From the IMG/VR virus record IMGVR_UViG_3300014059_000008, positions 27,416-91,415 of that record: 64,000 bases of DNA; one strand, written 5' to 3'. Shown here piece after piece: positions 46,207-56,202 of the stretch; the stretch's first letter is position 1; every line of letters starts with the position of its first letter. Both the position numbers and the translations under genes were made by a program. The notes under the pieces were generated by a model. That model had not been told where the DNA came from and did not search any database. It was given only the letters and a program-made list of their open reading frames with translations. This stretch comes from a virus. Its lineage: Duplodnaviria; Caudoviricetes.

Positions 46207-46901
46207 TCGTCTTCTTTCATTGCCATCTTGCAGGCTTCCGACAGCGTGTCTTTGTCCAGGCTGCGCAGTCCGCCTTCCAGCGCTTTAATGGCCGCATCTG
46301 GGTCTGATTGCGACAGTGCGTTGATGATGCCGGTTAGCAGCTTCATCTGCGCACCGGTCACAATCAGGTGGGTATCGACTACCGACATGAGCTTTGGCGT
46401 TACTGCCGGGTCAGACATGCCGCGTAGCCTGACTGGCAGCACATTCTTGGCTGTGATCACCGCATGGCAAAACATGCACAGCGGAATGACTAGCAGGTCA
46501 GAGCACTTCTGACTGACGCCGCGCTCTCCTCGGTGGTCCGCCTCAGTGTTGCCGTGCTGTACTGCGCCGTGAAACTCGCAGTTTACGCAGCGGTGCGATC
46601 TGACATAGCGCAGATAAGCATCACACCTAAACCGCGTCTGCGTCTTGGGCTGCGCGGCTGGCTCTCGATGAACTGGTGCTTCGCTCTCGTCCTCTACCTC
46701 TGGCATTGGAGCAAGCGCTGCAGTCTTTGCCCTGGTCCGCACGGGCTGAACTTTGATCGCTGACACGCGCTCCTTGGAGCTGTCCGCAAAGCGCACAAGG
46801 TAGGACTTCTCGTAGACCTCTTCGATCTCGCCCAGCCGGTCCTTTTTATTGGCTCCTACTGGCTTGACGATGCACGTTTCTCCCTCCTCTAGGCCCCTCA
46901 C
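46203..46901 (-). CDS. DUF968/HNH-like nuclease
   Basis: YLRYVRSHRCVNC...ADH...G.SQK.SD...IPLCMFCH. Confidence 0.7.
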   Translation of the reverse strand: MRGLEEGETCIVKPVGANKKDRLGEIEEVYEKSYLVRFADSSKERVSAIKVQPVRTRAKTAALAPMPEVEDESEAPVHREPAAQPKTQTRFRCDAYLRYVRSHRCVNCEFHGAVQHGNTEADHRGERGVSQKCSDLLVIPLCMFCHAVITAKNVLPVRLRGMSDPAVTPKLMSVVDTHLIVTGAQMKLLTGIINALSQSDPDAAIKALEGGLRSLDKDTLSEACKMAMKEDE

Positions 46902-47158
46902 TTGGCAGCTCCCTTCCGGGCCTTGCGCTTGGCATCAATGCGCGCTAGCTCAGCTTTGACCTTAGCTCGCTCGGCAATCAATTCCTTGCAGGCTTTGGCG
47001 TACAACGCTTCCAGGTCATCACCATCATCGGCATGCGCTCGGACTAGCGCCCGCTTGCCGCCGATCGCCATGCTCAGTTTCTTGGCCTTCTCGCGCAGCA
47101 TATCGCGGCGCTTCTGGGTCGAAGTTGCCATCCGCTCAGATCCTTGAATGATTCTCAT
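46898..47158 (-). CDS. small basic protein
   Basis: Coupled ORF. Confidence 0.6.
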   Translation of the reverse strand: MRIIQGSERMATSTQKRRDMLREKAKKLSMAIGGKRALVRAHADDGDDLEALYAKACKELIAERAKVKAELARIDAKRKARKGAAK

Positions 47159-47496
47159 TTTCCATTAACCGTAATGTCAGAAGCATCGGCCTCTTGGACT
47201 TCACCAGCTACGGAACCGCCGTCACTCGTAACCGTAGTGAATGAGCCGCGCCCTTTGGGGCCATTGTGCTTGACCGTGGTGATGCTATTTGGGCAGCGAA
47301 CTACGGAAACGACTCTGCCGTTGATCTTGACTACGTGCGCCGTGCAGTCGTCTAGCTCTGGCACCTGCGACAGCTCTGGCTTGGGGTGAGCGCGCTCATA
47401 ATAGACGGCAATGACCATGAACACCGCAATGATCACCAGAGCAGCAAAAGACCCCCACGGAAAGTCTGCTGATGACCTTCTTCTGTAGTTACTCAC
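47155..47496 (-). CDS. membrane-anchored protein
   Basis: N-terminal TM segment; DC...VVRCPNS.TT motif. Confidence 0.7.
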   Translation of the reverse strand: MSNYRRRSSADFPWGSFAALVIIAVFMVIAVYYERAHPKPELSQVPELDDCTAHVVKINGRVVSVVRCPNSITTVKHNGPKGRGSFTTVTSDGGSVAGEVQEADASDITVNGK

Positions 47497-47532
47497 GTTG
47501 CACCCCCAGGAACCGTCTATTCTTGGTTGCCA

Positions 47533-48036
47533 TCAGTTCCGCTCCTCAATGCTATCGTCGTAAACGATCTCCCGCACTGCTGTGAGCGCCTTCTTTGCCT
47601 CTGGGGTCACGCTTGGATTGCCGATCTTTTCCAGCTCATCCGAAGCGCACAGAATCGCGAAAAACACACGTCCGGTAGCCGGGATCTCGTGCGCTATGGC
47701 AATCAGTGACTCGTACTGCGACTTGGTGATTGCTGCTGTGTCTGCGTCGCGGTCTGGCTTCTTCTCGACCAGGACCGCAACGGCTGCAGTACACCGCGCA
47801 AGCACGCCGCAGACCAGCACCATCACCGCGCCCACGATGCCGATGGATATCAGGTGGCTTGCAGACTTGATCCAGCCTAGCGCCAGCATCGCCACGTTAC
47901 ATGCCGCCAGCGTGATCGGCACCCCGTAGTACAGCCACTTGATTTGATTCAGGTAAACGCCGCGCGACTGCACTTCCCGTATCGCCCACGATGCATGACG
48001 CTCTCGAAGTAGCTGCAGACACCTAGCCCTGGTCAT
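47533..48036 (-). CDS. membrane protein with two TM segments
   Basis: Two hydrophobic segments. Confidence 0.7.
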   Translation of the reverse strand: MTRARCLQLLRERHASWAIREVQSRGVYLNQIKWLYYGVPITLAACNVAMLALGWIKSASHLISIGIVGAVMVLVCGVLARCTAAVAVLVEKKPDRDADTAAITKSQYESLIAIAHEIPATGRVFFAILCASDELEKIGNPSVTPEAKKALTAVREIVYDDSIEERN

Positions 48037-48907
48037 TACCCGCCCCGATGCTTTTCAGCCAGTCTGTGATCGGCCCACCGCTACGCTCGCCAGCCTTCAG
48101 CGCTGCAGCCTTCAGGGCATCCACCGGCACCTTGGCCGCATCGAACATGCGCTTCTTGGGCTTCGGTTGCTTCTTCTCTTCTGGCTTCTGCAGCTCCGCC
48201 TCTTGCTTCTCTAGCGGCAGCTTGGCGATGCGCGCCGCTCGCGCCAGCGTGACCTTGCCATCGGAGTACGCGCGCAGCACTGGCAGCGATGCTTCCATCA
48301 GCGGCTCATGCACTCGCCGCACTTCCTTGGCCGGGGCGACTAGGTGCTTTGCCACGTCATCCCAGGACCATCCAGCCGACAGCATGTCACGCACTGACAG
48401 CTGGTCTTCGTAGGCGCTGGTCCGCGATCGGTTCGCGTTCTCGCCGACAAACGCAGCCTTCATCTCGGCGTCAGTAACCTTTTCGTAGGTGGCCCGGATG
48501 CGCGCCTTTGCCAGCACTTCCTCCCCGCGCTCGCGCCAGATCTTGATTGCCTCCATGAGCGCATGCACGCGACGGTTGCCGTAGATCACCTCTAGGACCG
48601 GCTGGCCCTCTTTCGCGTCGTCCGTGCCCCGGTATGCGTCTTGAATGAACGCCAGTTGCGGATCACCGGTCACGTAGTCGAGGCCCGTCTTGCGGAACTT
48701 GATCGGCGTATCGATCGGCTTTCGCGCCTCTACGATATAATCGACCAGCGCTTTGAACGCTGGATTGCGCATCGAGTACCGGAACTCATCCCGCCGGTCG
48801 TACAAGTAGTGCTTCGGGTCCATGATGGACCGAAGCGCAGCTGGATCTACCGCGATCCCGTTGTCATTGACCCTTACCGCAACCCCTAACCAACTTCGTT
48901 TTCCCAT
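48023..48907 (-). CDS. ParB-like protein
   Basis: VIYGNRRVHA, ENANRS and a following HTH; start moved to MGKR with RBS. Confidence 0.75.
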   Translation of the reverse strand: MGKRSWLGVAVRVNDNGIAVDPAALRSIMDPKHYLYDRRDEFRYSMRNPAFKALVDYIVEARKPIDTPIKFRKTGLDYVTGDPQLAFIQDAYRGTDDAKEGQPVLEVIYGNRRVHALMEAIKIWRERGEEVLAKARIRATYEKVTDAEMKAAFVGENANRSRTSAYEDQLSVRDMLSAGWSWDDVAKHLVAPAKEVRRVHEPLMEASLPVLRAYSDGKVTLARAARIAKLPLEKQEAELQKPEEKKQPKPKKRMFDAAKVPVDALKAAALKAGERSGGPITDWLKSIGAGNDQG

Positions 48908-48927
48908 GATGCCTCTCTCCTGCCGGT

Positions 48928-49137
48928 TTAGTTTTGTGCTGCTACTTCGGATGTTTGGCGCTGAGGTTTTCGACAGCCCCGCTCGCACAGCACAAGCGCA
49001 ACCAAGAGCAACGCGGCTGCGCCAAGTCGCGCCCACGGTCCCAGGTGAATGTGCCGTGGTGAGTAGCTGACGGTCAGGCAGTCGGAAATACTCGGCCTGC
49101 CAATGATGTTTCGTGAAACGGTCAGAGCTTGTGGCAT
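48928..49137 (-). CDS. small membrane protein, probably leaderless
   Basis: ATG 7 nt after TTGCAT-17nt-TAAGGC; one TM segment. Confidence 0.55.
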   Translation of the reverse strand: MPQALTVSRNIIGRPSISDCLTVSYSPRHIHLGPWARLGAAALLLVALVLCERGCRKPQRQTSEVAAQN

Positions 49138-49193
49138 GTCGCAAGCCTTACAGCTGGCTCGCTTGCTATGCAAGGCTTTTTTTGCAGATGATG

Positions 49194-49436
49194 TTACAGC
49201 GCTGGGCAGTGGCCGCCATCAGGAGGACGACATACGCAGCAGCCAGCCTCGCACACTCCCCAGATTGACGGGGTGCATGTGTCGCCACACGGCTTGCAGC
49301 TCTTGGCCATGTCAAGCGCTGGCTTGGCCACATCAATCGGCGTAGCGCTGGCATCTTTCCCAGGTGGCGGCAGTCGATAGCATCCCAAACTGAGCGCTGC
49401 AGCCGTCGCAATTACTAACGCAAGAAATGATCGCAT
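49194..49436 (-). CDS. small Cys-rich lipoprotein
   Basis: Lipobox SLGC, DMA linker, eight further Cys. Confidence 0.75.
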   Translation of the reverse strand: MRSFLALVIATAAALSLGCYRLPPPGKDASATPIDVAKPALDMAKSCKPCGDTCTPSIWGVCEAGCCVCRPPDGGHCPAL

Positions 49437-49615
49437 GAATCCTCTTTGGCCATGTTTGTGGCAGTCAGCAGCTTTGCAAACGCGAGTAGCTGCCGTTCTG
49501 CGGATCTGTGTGCCAGATCGTGATATCGCATCCTGGCTAGCGTGTCTGCGTCTTTTCAGTGCTGGATTGCTGCGACTGCGTAGGCGCTGGCCGAAGTAGC
49601 GTGCATCTTGTCACC

Positions 49616-49644
49616 TTGCGTAAGGTTGTGTGCTTTGGCAGTCT
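49616..49644 (+). promoter_or_regulatory. promoter, probably leaderless
   Basis: TTGCGT-17nt-CAGTCT-7nt-ATG. Confidence 0.6.
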
Positions 49645-49651
49645 AGTGGAC

Positions 49652-49900
49652 ATGCCCGAGCCGACCATTACAGCCAGCCCCGATGGATCTACAATAACAT
49701 GGAGTTGCACCCGCGAGCAAGCCATCGCCATTGCGGTGGCTACTCAGGACCGCAAGATCGAACAAGCCGAGCCCGTCCTGCGTGCGCTCATCGGCTCCCC
49801 AGCTTGGAAACAGCAGACCGGCGAAGGAACACCGGGGCCGCTGTCACAAGCCGAGGTAGAGGAGTTCCGGCTTACAAACAACTACCCCGTGATCCCTTAA
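49652..49900 (+). CDS. 82-aa hypothetical protein
   Basis: Isolated plus-strand ORF with its own promoter. Confidence 0.6.
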   Translation: MPEPTITASPDGSTITWSCTREQAIAIAVATQDRKIEQAEPVLRALIGSPAWKQQTGEGTPGPLSQAEVEEFRLTNNYPVIP

Positions 49901-50442
49901 TCGTTCTCGCCCTTCTCGGGGAACATATGCGCTTGCCGTGGGTCCGCCCCATCCTTGGCCTTGGCGGCGCGCTTGTCACGCTCGCGATCACCAGCAATCA
50001 GCTCATCTTTGTAGACCGACGCCAACGCCTGAGCAATGAACCCCGCCTTGGCCCCGATGGCCTTGCCGGTCTTAGCCACCATGTCGGCGGCTTCTTTGAT
50101 CTGGCCCGCTCTGTTTCGGTGGCTCTCGATGTCATTTGCCGTATCCAGCGGATTTTGCTTGCTGGACTCGACAACGCGCCGACGGTTCTCGTCACACCCA
50201 AGCATCTGGGAGTCAATGATCGTAAGGCTCTCGGACACAAGCTCTAGCGCAGAGAGCGCGTCTTGCAGCTTGCCGATCGCTTCCTCCATGCGCTGCGCTG
50301 GCAGCTTGTCATCCTTGCCGCCTGACATCGCTGCCTTTGCCGCATCGGTCAGAACTTTGAGCGGGTCGCCTTTGATCGTGACTGACTTGCCGCAGCTCGA
50401 CATCGTTACCGACTCCACTACAGGCTTAGTTGCTTTCTTCAT
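49897..50442 (-). CDS. hypothetical helical protein
   Basis: 181-aa ORF ending DPRQAHMF. Confidence 0.7.
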   Translation of the reverse strand: MKKATKPVVESVTMSSCGKSVTIKGDPLKVLTDAAKAAMSGGKDDKLPAQRMEEAIGKLQDALSALELVSESLTIIDSQMLGCDENRRRVVESSKQNPLDTANDIESHRNRAGQIKEAADMVAKTGKAIGAKAGFIAQALASVYKDELIAGDRERDKRAAKAKDGADPRQAHMFPEKGEND

Positions 50443-50461
50443 GGGCTCTCTTCTTTCGTAT

Positions 50462-50483
50462 GGGGCACCCGCTTAGGTGCCCC
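50462..50483. other. intergenic GC hairpin
   Basis: GGGGCACC-CGCTTA-GGTGCCCC; no U-tract. Confidence 0.55.
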
Positions 50484-50493
50484 GGTTGTGGTC

Positions 50494-51705
50494 TTACTTC
50501 TTACCGCGCAGCACGTCGCCGCGCTCGATGTAGGCGCGGTTCCATGCGTACATGTCTGCACCTTGGTACGTGGCTTGCGCGTCATCGTTAAGCGCATCCA
50601 GTTCCTTCTGATTCTTTGCCGATTCCAGGCGAGTGAAGAGCGTCACTGGTGCGCTAGGCGTCGCAGCCTGCTCTTGTGCTACCGGTGGCGCTGCTGCAGC
50701 AGCTGGCGCGGCGGTCTGCGCTGGCTCTGGCTTCTTTGCCTGGGTCTTTTTCTTCTCGGCCTCATCTGCCTTGGCTTTGATCTTGGAAGTCAGATCGCCT
50801 GGCTGGTCGCTGCCTTCATCTTCGGCTTTCTTTTCGGCCATCAGCTGCGACCACTTTGCATCACCTTGCTTGATCGTCTGGTAGATGGCGCGCAAGATGG
50901 GCATGTCCTCTAAGCCAATCTCGTGTCCGAGGTATTCTTTGATGTCTGCTGGCGAGACACCCAAAACTCCGAAGATATCAAACAGCACCTTGCGTTGCTT
51001 GTCTGGGTCTTCCTTGTCAATGGAACCTTGCGTTTTGAGCACTTGCTCCATGCACTCTTCCACGATGTCGCCTGGGAGCATGCGGAGCACCTGCTTACGC
51101 AGCGCTTTGCTGATCATGCTGGCTTGCTTTTGCTGCGTCTCTTCATCGGTCGCCCACAGCGTATAGGTGATATCTCCATAGCTGTTCTTGCGCGATGAAA
51201 CTGGCTCACGTCCCTCCGTGAACTTGCGCTCGACTTGCTTGATAATCACCACGTCCGCAGAATAGGTAAGATTATTTTCCAAGTCTGTGGCAGAGACACG
51301 CATCACGCGGCGCTGGTCATCGTCATGGATGACCGCCTCTTCTTCTAGGACGTTTGTGAAACAGCGCAGCGCAGCTTCCGCAAAGCGAATCGACGGTCCT
51401 ACGACGTAGTTATCAACCATCTTGTTCGTCTCGGGGTCTTTCTTTTTTCCCTGCTTTTTGGCGTACCGAGCAACGGCTGCAAACCCAGGACGACGGCACT
51501 CTTTCAGGATTCGCGCTCGGAACTCATCCATGTCGCGCGGGTTTTTCATGGCCAGCGCATATCGAGCCTGCACTACTGCGCGGCTTTGGGCTTCCACCGC
51601 TGCCGCGATCGTGGCTTCCATGCTGTTGGCTTGCGCAAGTGCAGTGTTCCCGGCTGGTACGATCTCTGCATTGGTGTGTACGCGGTCTAGTGCTGTCGTG
51701 GTCAT
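50494..51705 (-). CDS. putative ssDNA-annealing/recombination protein
   Basis: A...PRD...ARY...GPSIRFAE motif; coupled to the YqaJ exonuclease gene. Confidence 0.55.
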   Translation of the reverse strand: MTTTALDRVHTNAEIVPAGNTALAQANSMEATIAAAVEAQSRAVVQARYALAMKNPRDMDEFRARILKECRRPGFAAVARYAKKQGKKKDPETNKMVDNYVVGPSIRFAEAALRCFTNVLEEEAVIHDDDQRRVMRVSATDLENNLTYSADVVIIKQVERKFTEGREPVSSRKNSYGDITYTLWATDEETQQKQASMISKALRKQVLRMLPGDIVEECMEQVLKTQGSIDKEDPDKQRKVLFDIFGVLGVSPADIKEYLGHEIGLEDMPILRAIYQTIKQGDAKWSQLMAEKKAEDEGSDQPGDLTSKIKAKADEAEKKKTQAKKPEPAQTAAPAAAAAPPVAQEQAATPSAPVTLFTRLESAKNQKELDALNDDAQATYQGADMYAWNRAYIERGDVLRGKK

Positions 51706-52511
51706 TTGATCCTCACTAGCAGAGGTCTATCCCCTGCGATGTTTGTCCGGTATGTAACTCGACCGCCCGCCCATTGTGCGCAGCTCGCCGATCCAAGATG
51801 CTGCCGGATTCGATTGCGCAAAATGTCGTGCTTGGCTTTCATCTTCTTTATCGCGTCGGACTGACGGTTGTGCTTTAGCGCCATCGCCACTAGCTGCGCG
51901 TCGGCCTCGACTGTCTCCCCGCGATCTGGGTGCATCGCTCGCAAAATGGCCGTTGCTGTCTCGCTTCCGTCGAGCGTTGGCATCACGTTTGCGACGACGT
52001 GCTCAAACCAAAACGTCCTGCAGATAGTCAGGACGTTATCTATCAGCTTCTGGTCCCGATCGATCCTGATAATCCGTGGGTCTGTCGAGCATATCAGCGC
52101 CACAACGTCCGTGTGCTGAAAGCCCGTCACCATCATTTCCAAGTTGCATTGCAGGACCACGTAGTCAGGTGCTCCATGGTCCCAGTGATCGGCCATGTAC
52201 CGACCGACTGCCTTGGCCTGCACATTAATGCAGTCTTTCATCGCCAGCGCGTCCGGCGTGGCTGCTATCCAGCTCTCTGCGCCGATCAATGTTGGCGACT
52301 TGGTGAGCTTGCGCCCCGTCTTGTCCGCGTACCACTGCAGCAATACCGGCTCTAGTAGGTGTCCCATCTCTGCGGCGTTGCTGTCGTCTCGCTGAAGCCA
52401 GCCCTTTTTAGAACCCCAGATGTCGAGCTTAGTCTTGAACGGGTCAAAGCCGCAGACCGCTGCTACTTCGGACGCTCCTAGGTAGCTCTTGCGTGCTTCA
52501 TGATCAAGCAT
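51702..52511 (-). CDS. YqaJ/lambda-exonuclease family nuclease
   Basis: R..YLGASEVAAVCG, G..LEP, ATPDA, QAK, Y..QC. Confidence 0.9.
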   Translation of the reverse strand: MLDHEARKSYLGASEVAAVCGFDPFKTKLDIWGSKKGWLQRDDSNAAEMGHLLEPVLLQWYADKTGRKLTKSPTLIGAESWIAATPDALAMKDCINVQAKAVGRYMADHWDHGAPDYVVLQCNLEMMVTGFQHTDVVALICSTDPRIIRIDRDQKLIDNVLTICRTFWFEHVVANVMPTLDGSETATAILRAMHPDRGETVEADAQLVAMALKHNRQSDAIKKMKAKHDILRNRIRQHLGSASCAQWAGGRVTYRTNIAGDRPLLVRIK

Positions 52512-53331
52512 GCTGCCTGCATGGCTCGCCTACCTTGAGCCCACACCCGCTGCAGCTGTGGCCCTCATGCTTAGCACCCACCATCAGGGTGAAGCTGTAT
52601 CGGTGCTCTCGGCCAGCCGCTGTGTCAAGTGTTAGGTGCCCACCCTGAAAGTCGATGGTTGCTGCCTCGAACTTCTGTCCCGCCTTGAACTCTCCAACAT
52701 CCTTGGTGAGTTCTACACCGCTAAAGCAGACATCATGCTCGCCGATCTGACAGATGTCGTCGGTGTAGGTAAATGGCAGCGCGCTTGTGGTTTCCGTACC
52801 TGTGGCGACAGACATCTTCAGCTCGCAGCCAGCCTTAAACGCGCGCAGCATAGACGCGCACTCACTTGCCCGTGGCCGTGCTCCGATCTCGTCCATGCTC
52901 TCTAGCAGGAACTCGCGAAAGCCTGCGCACTGCGCCATGTACGGCTCTTGCTGAAAGATGCGGTCTAGGTATTGCTCATTGCTCTCTTCCGTCTTCTCTT
53001 CTTTGTCATCGTAGAAGAAATTGAGCTTTGCGATTCCGGTTTGCTTTGGCAATCTTCCGACGGTGAATCGAATCCATCCAAGGTCTTTTCCGTCTCTGAT
53101 AGTGAGTCTCGCTCCACTCTCAATGGGACCGACGCTTCTGCTGCATTCTTTGCCATCTGCGCCGATGTACGACACCGAGTTATTCTCTCGGTCATACTGA
53201 ATCAAGCCATGTCCTACGTCTTGGTTAGGCCCGCACTCGATGTCACCATTTACGAAGTGGTCTACAGAAAACCCCTGCGTAAGGCTCCATCCGCCTTCGA
53301 TCTCGCACTTGTTAGCTTTTCCCCGTGTCAC
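52504..53331 (-). CDS. hypothetical protein
   Basis: 275-aa coupled ORF. Confidence 0.65.
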   Translation of the reverse strand: MTRGKANKCEIEGGWSLTQGFSVDHFVNGDIECGPNQDVGHGLIQYDRENNSVSYIGADGKECSRSVGPIESGARLTIRDGKDLGWIRFTVGRLPKQTGIAKLNFFYDDKEEKTEESNEQYLDRIFQQEPYMAQCAGFREFLLESMDEIGARPRASECASMLRAFKAGCELKMSVATGTETTSALPFTYTDDICQIGEHDVCFSGVELTKDVGEFKAGQKFEAATIDFQGGHLTLDTAAGREHRYSFTLMVGAKHEGHSCSGCGLKVGEPCRQHA

Positions 53332-53663
53332 TTGCTCGCCCCCTTATAGATTGCTTTCCAGGTCCACACAAACCGACCCACAACGGCATACGTTGCCGTC
53401 GATCTAGAATCCTGATGTTGCTCTACCCATGTTTGCTGCCACGTCGTAGTGACTAGCTCCCAGCCTTCGATCAAAGACTCTGGATCTGTTTCTGGCGGTT
53501 CCGGAGCTAGTGGCACAGCGCAGTCGGGGCCTTTGTCATCGCTGACGGTGATTGCGTATTTCATTGGATCACGCAGACCAGACAAGCATTCCAAAGCACA
53601 CTTCAGGCTGTGATCCGTAGTGCTTTGTAAGCACAGCAATCTGCTCCGAATATAGCCGGACAA
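53328..53663 (-). CDS. hypothetical protein (start likely near 53564)
   Basis: ORF in the gene string. Confidence 0.5.
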   Translation of the reverse strand: MSGYIRSRLLCLQSTTDHSLKCALECLSGLRDPMKYAITVSDDKGPDCAVPLAPEPPETDPESLIEGWELVTTTWQQTWVEQHQDSRSTATYAVVGRFVWTWKAIYKGASK

Positions 53664-54021
53664 TCTTTGTCTTTTGTTCAGCGATCATCACTTCGGTGAT
53701 CTGGTAGTAACCGGGTGTCTCTTCATCAATTACACCAGCGTCGTTTGGGTACCAGATATCGCTTCCATCATCGGGAAGTGCCTCGGAACAATCTGTTAGA
53801 TGACACAGTGCTTCTTTGATTTCGTCTTGAATTGCACTCTGCTCTACGGCGTCAACTTGCATGCTATAGGATCGAAGCTCTATTTTCTGTCCACAACTTT
53901 GACAGAACTTTCCATCCTGGCGTTTGCCACAGCATGCGATTGGACTCATTCCATACTCTGTCCTCTTAGGACACACAAACTTCAGGTATGCAGTGACTCT
54001 GATGTTTATTTCAATTCCCAT
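53569..54021 (-). CDS. hypothetical protein with Zn ribbon
   Basis: CCG...FCQSCG. Confidence 0.65.
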   Translation of the reverse strand: MGIEINIRVTAYLKFVCPKRTEYGMSPIACCGKRQDGKFCQSCGQKIELRSYSMQVDAVEQSAIQDEIKEALCHLTDCSEALPDDGSDIWYPNDAGVIDEETPGYYQITEVMIAEQKTKIVRLYSEQIAVLTKHYGSQPEVCFGMLVWSA

Positions 54022-54196
54022 GTCTAGTACCTATCCAGGTCGATGACCTGCAGATTGCGCTTCGTAAATCCAGCAGCCTTGCCAGCTTGACGTGCCACGT
54101 ATTGAGTGGCGAATCGGCGGGACGCTCGCAGCATTCCGAAAGCGTCGTACCAGCAGAATCCGCCGACAGTGAACGGCTTACCCGAGAGTCGTAACA

Positions 54197-54583
54197 TCAT
54201 GCAGCACCTGTCGAGCACTGCGCCATCATCCGGGCTGCTACTTTGACCGGCCCAGCGCTCAGAACTAGCGCAGCTTTACGCGCCGCTCTGACAGCTGGGA
54301 TCTGCGTGATTCCTTCAGCGATGGCCTTCTCAAAGCTGGGCCGTGTCGCCGCCATGGTGCGCAGCATGTCTTTGCGCCACTCGGTGTAGCGCATCTGACG
54401 ATCGCACTGTTTCCTAGCTTCCAGCTTTGCATGGTGGGCTAGCTCCGCGACGTACTCGTAGTCAGGATTGACCGCACCGTGCTTGTCCTCCCAGTCAATC
54501 GCCTTGTTAGTCAGCTCCTCTGAGTAGACGAACAGGTCCCAGAACTTGCACCCAACAAACCCACATCCGCAATCGGTAGCCAT
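54197..54583 (-). CDS. hypothetical protein
   Basis: Start MATDCGC. Confidence 0.55.
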   Translation of the reverse strand: MATDCGCGFVGCKFWDLFVYSEELTNKAIDWEDKHGAVNPDYEYVAELAHHAKLEARKQCDRQMRYTEWRKDMLRTMAATRPSFEKAIAEGITQIPAVRAARKAALVLSAGPVKVAARMMAQCSTGAA

Positions 54584-54584
54584 A

Positions 54585-55019
54585 TTAGCGACCCCCAAAG
54601 GAAAAGACGATCGGACGCTCTGAATCAATCCGCCGGTCCGACATCAGGTGATGAATGCTCACCAGAACCGAGCGCTTGATTCGCGAACCATTCATCAAGT
54701 ACTGCGCGCTCGCCTTGACTTGGCGAACTTCCTTCATGACCCGCGCTGCAATGAAGCTAACCAAAGACCCCAGCATCATCTCGATACCTGGGCAGATGCG
54801 CTCCAGGTCGATGGTCTTGCTGACGTAGCAGTTGAAAGCCGACTCATCGCAGGCGACCAGGGCGCGCACGCCGTGCTGAACTACATCCATCGAGCGCTCA
54901 ATTACGCGGTGATACCAGCAGCCAAGCGTGGGAAGACGGCCCAGCGCATCGGCAATCGCGCTACGAACTTGATAACCTGGGATGGCGAGAAGGATTTGAG
55001 CGGTGCGGTTCGTTTCCAT
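54585..55019 (-). CDS. hypothetical protein, probably leaderless
   Basis: ATG 6 nt after the promoter. Confidence 0.65.
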   Translation of the reverse strand: METNRTAQILLAIPGYQVRSAIADALGRLPTLGCWYHRVIERSMDVVQHGVRALVACDESAFNCYVSKTIDLERICPGIEMMLGSLVSFIAARVMKEVRQVKASAQYLMNGSRIKRSVLVSIHHLMSDRRIDSERPIVFSFGGR

Positions 55020-55025
55020 GCCCTC

Positions 55026-55068
55026 AATCTGCCAAACTACCGCACCACTTGCAAGTGTTTTTGTGCAA
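55026..55068 (-). promoter_or_regulatory. promoter with A-tract
   Basis: TTGCACAAAAACAC-TTGCAA-17nt-CAGATT-6nt-ATG. Confidence 0.65.
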
Positions 55069-55096
55069 GAAAGTGTCTTGCCGTCGGCAAATAGTT

Positions 55097-55999
55097 TTAC
55101 TCGCGGCTGTTTTGCGATTGCCAGACTAGGCTTTCAACGCCAGAAACACCGGTCTGCTGCAGTTCTGGCACGTTGACCTTTTGCCAAGACCAGCGCAGCG
55201 CTTGCTCGATGTCCTGCGGCTGCGGGATATCCTCGTCTTGCAGGTCCTTACGCAGCGACACCAGCACGAATGCGTTTGTGACGTTGGTTCTGCCGGTTCG
55301 GAGCATGGTCGCTACCGAGTCCGCGCCGCGTACCCCAAGAAACCCGAGGTTGTTATAGATCTCGGTGAGGTTTGCATACTTGGCTAGCAGCGCTTTGGCC
55401 GTGACCTCGCCGACACCTGGACAGCCTTTGATGTTGTCGGCGCTGTCGCCAGCGATAGCCAGGAAGTCCGCGATCTGCGCAGCGTAGACCCCGATCTTTT
55501 CCCGCACCGCTGTGGCCCCGCGCACCTCTTGCCAGCCGATCTTATCCCGCCAGATCGCACCGGTCAGAGGACGCGCTAGCAGCTGGTAGAGGTCCTTGTC
55601 CCGCGTGTAGATTAGTACGTCCATCTCTGGCGGCAGTCTCGATACAGCCGTCGCGATCACGTCGTCAGCTTCGCCGTGCTGGCTGTAGATCGTGTGGATG
55701 CCAAGCGCTCGGCAGCACTTGATCGCCAGCTCGATTTGCTCGATGTGGCGCGCGTCTTTGGGTGGCCTGTTGGCTTTGTACTCAGGGCAGAGCCTCTTGC
55801 GCCAGTGCGATCCCGCTGGATGGTCGAAAGCTGCTAGCACATGCGTAGGCCGGATGAAGTTGATAGCGCGCCGCAGTCCCATCATAAACAGCGACGATGC
55901 AGCGTTGTAATCGAGGCTATCCTTTGAGACATGCCAGCATGCGTCTAGCATCGCGCGCCCGTCTAGGACTAGCAGCTGCATTTTTTCTGGCGCGGTCAT
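55097..55999 (-). CDS. 5'-3' exonuclease / flap endonuclease (Pol I N-terminal-like)
   Basis: LVLDG, AFD, WR....YKANR, EADDVIAT, DKDLYQL, GDSADNIKGCPGVG..TA. Confidence 0.92.
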   Translation of the reverse strand: MTAPEKMQLLVLDGRAMLDACWHVSKDSLDYNAASSLFMMGLRRAINFIRPTHVLAAFDHPAGSHWRKRLCPEYKANRPPKDARHIEQIELAIKCCRALGIHTIYSQHGEADDVIATAVSRLPPEMDVLIYTRDKDLYQLLARPLTGAIWRDKIGWQEVRGATAVREKIGVYAAQIADFLAIAGDSADNIKGCPGVGEVTAKALLAKYANLTEIYNNLGFLGVRGADSVATMLRTGRTNVTNAFVLVSLRKDLQDEDIPQPQDIEQALRWSWQKVNVPELQQTGVSGVESLVWQSQNSRE

Positions 56000-56202
56000 C
56001 GTTGCACCTGTGGGCATCGGCCTTGGTATGGGCTTTCGTCTTGGCCGTGCAAGTTCCGGTAGGCTTCTGTGAACACGCGCTCGCAGTCTAGGTTGGGGCA
56101 CATCTGCGCGGCACCTTGCTTGGCATTGCGCAGCTCAGCCTTGCATGCGTGGCAGTGTCCGCAATCGTGTGGCTCTTGGGTGTTCTGGCTCATCGTGGCC
56201 AC
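55996..56202 (-). CDS. small Zn-binding protein
   Basis: Multiple CxxC; coupled ORF. Confidence 0.55.
   Translation of the reverse strand: MATMSQNTQEPHDCGHCHACKAELRNAKQGAAQMCPNLDCERVFTEAYRNLHGQDESPYQGRCPQVQR

Noticed and set aside
50462-50483. Intrinsic terminator
   Set aside because: Strong hairpin but no U-tract on the coding strand; kept only as an unassigned hairpin
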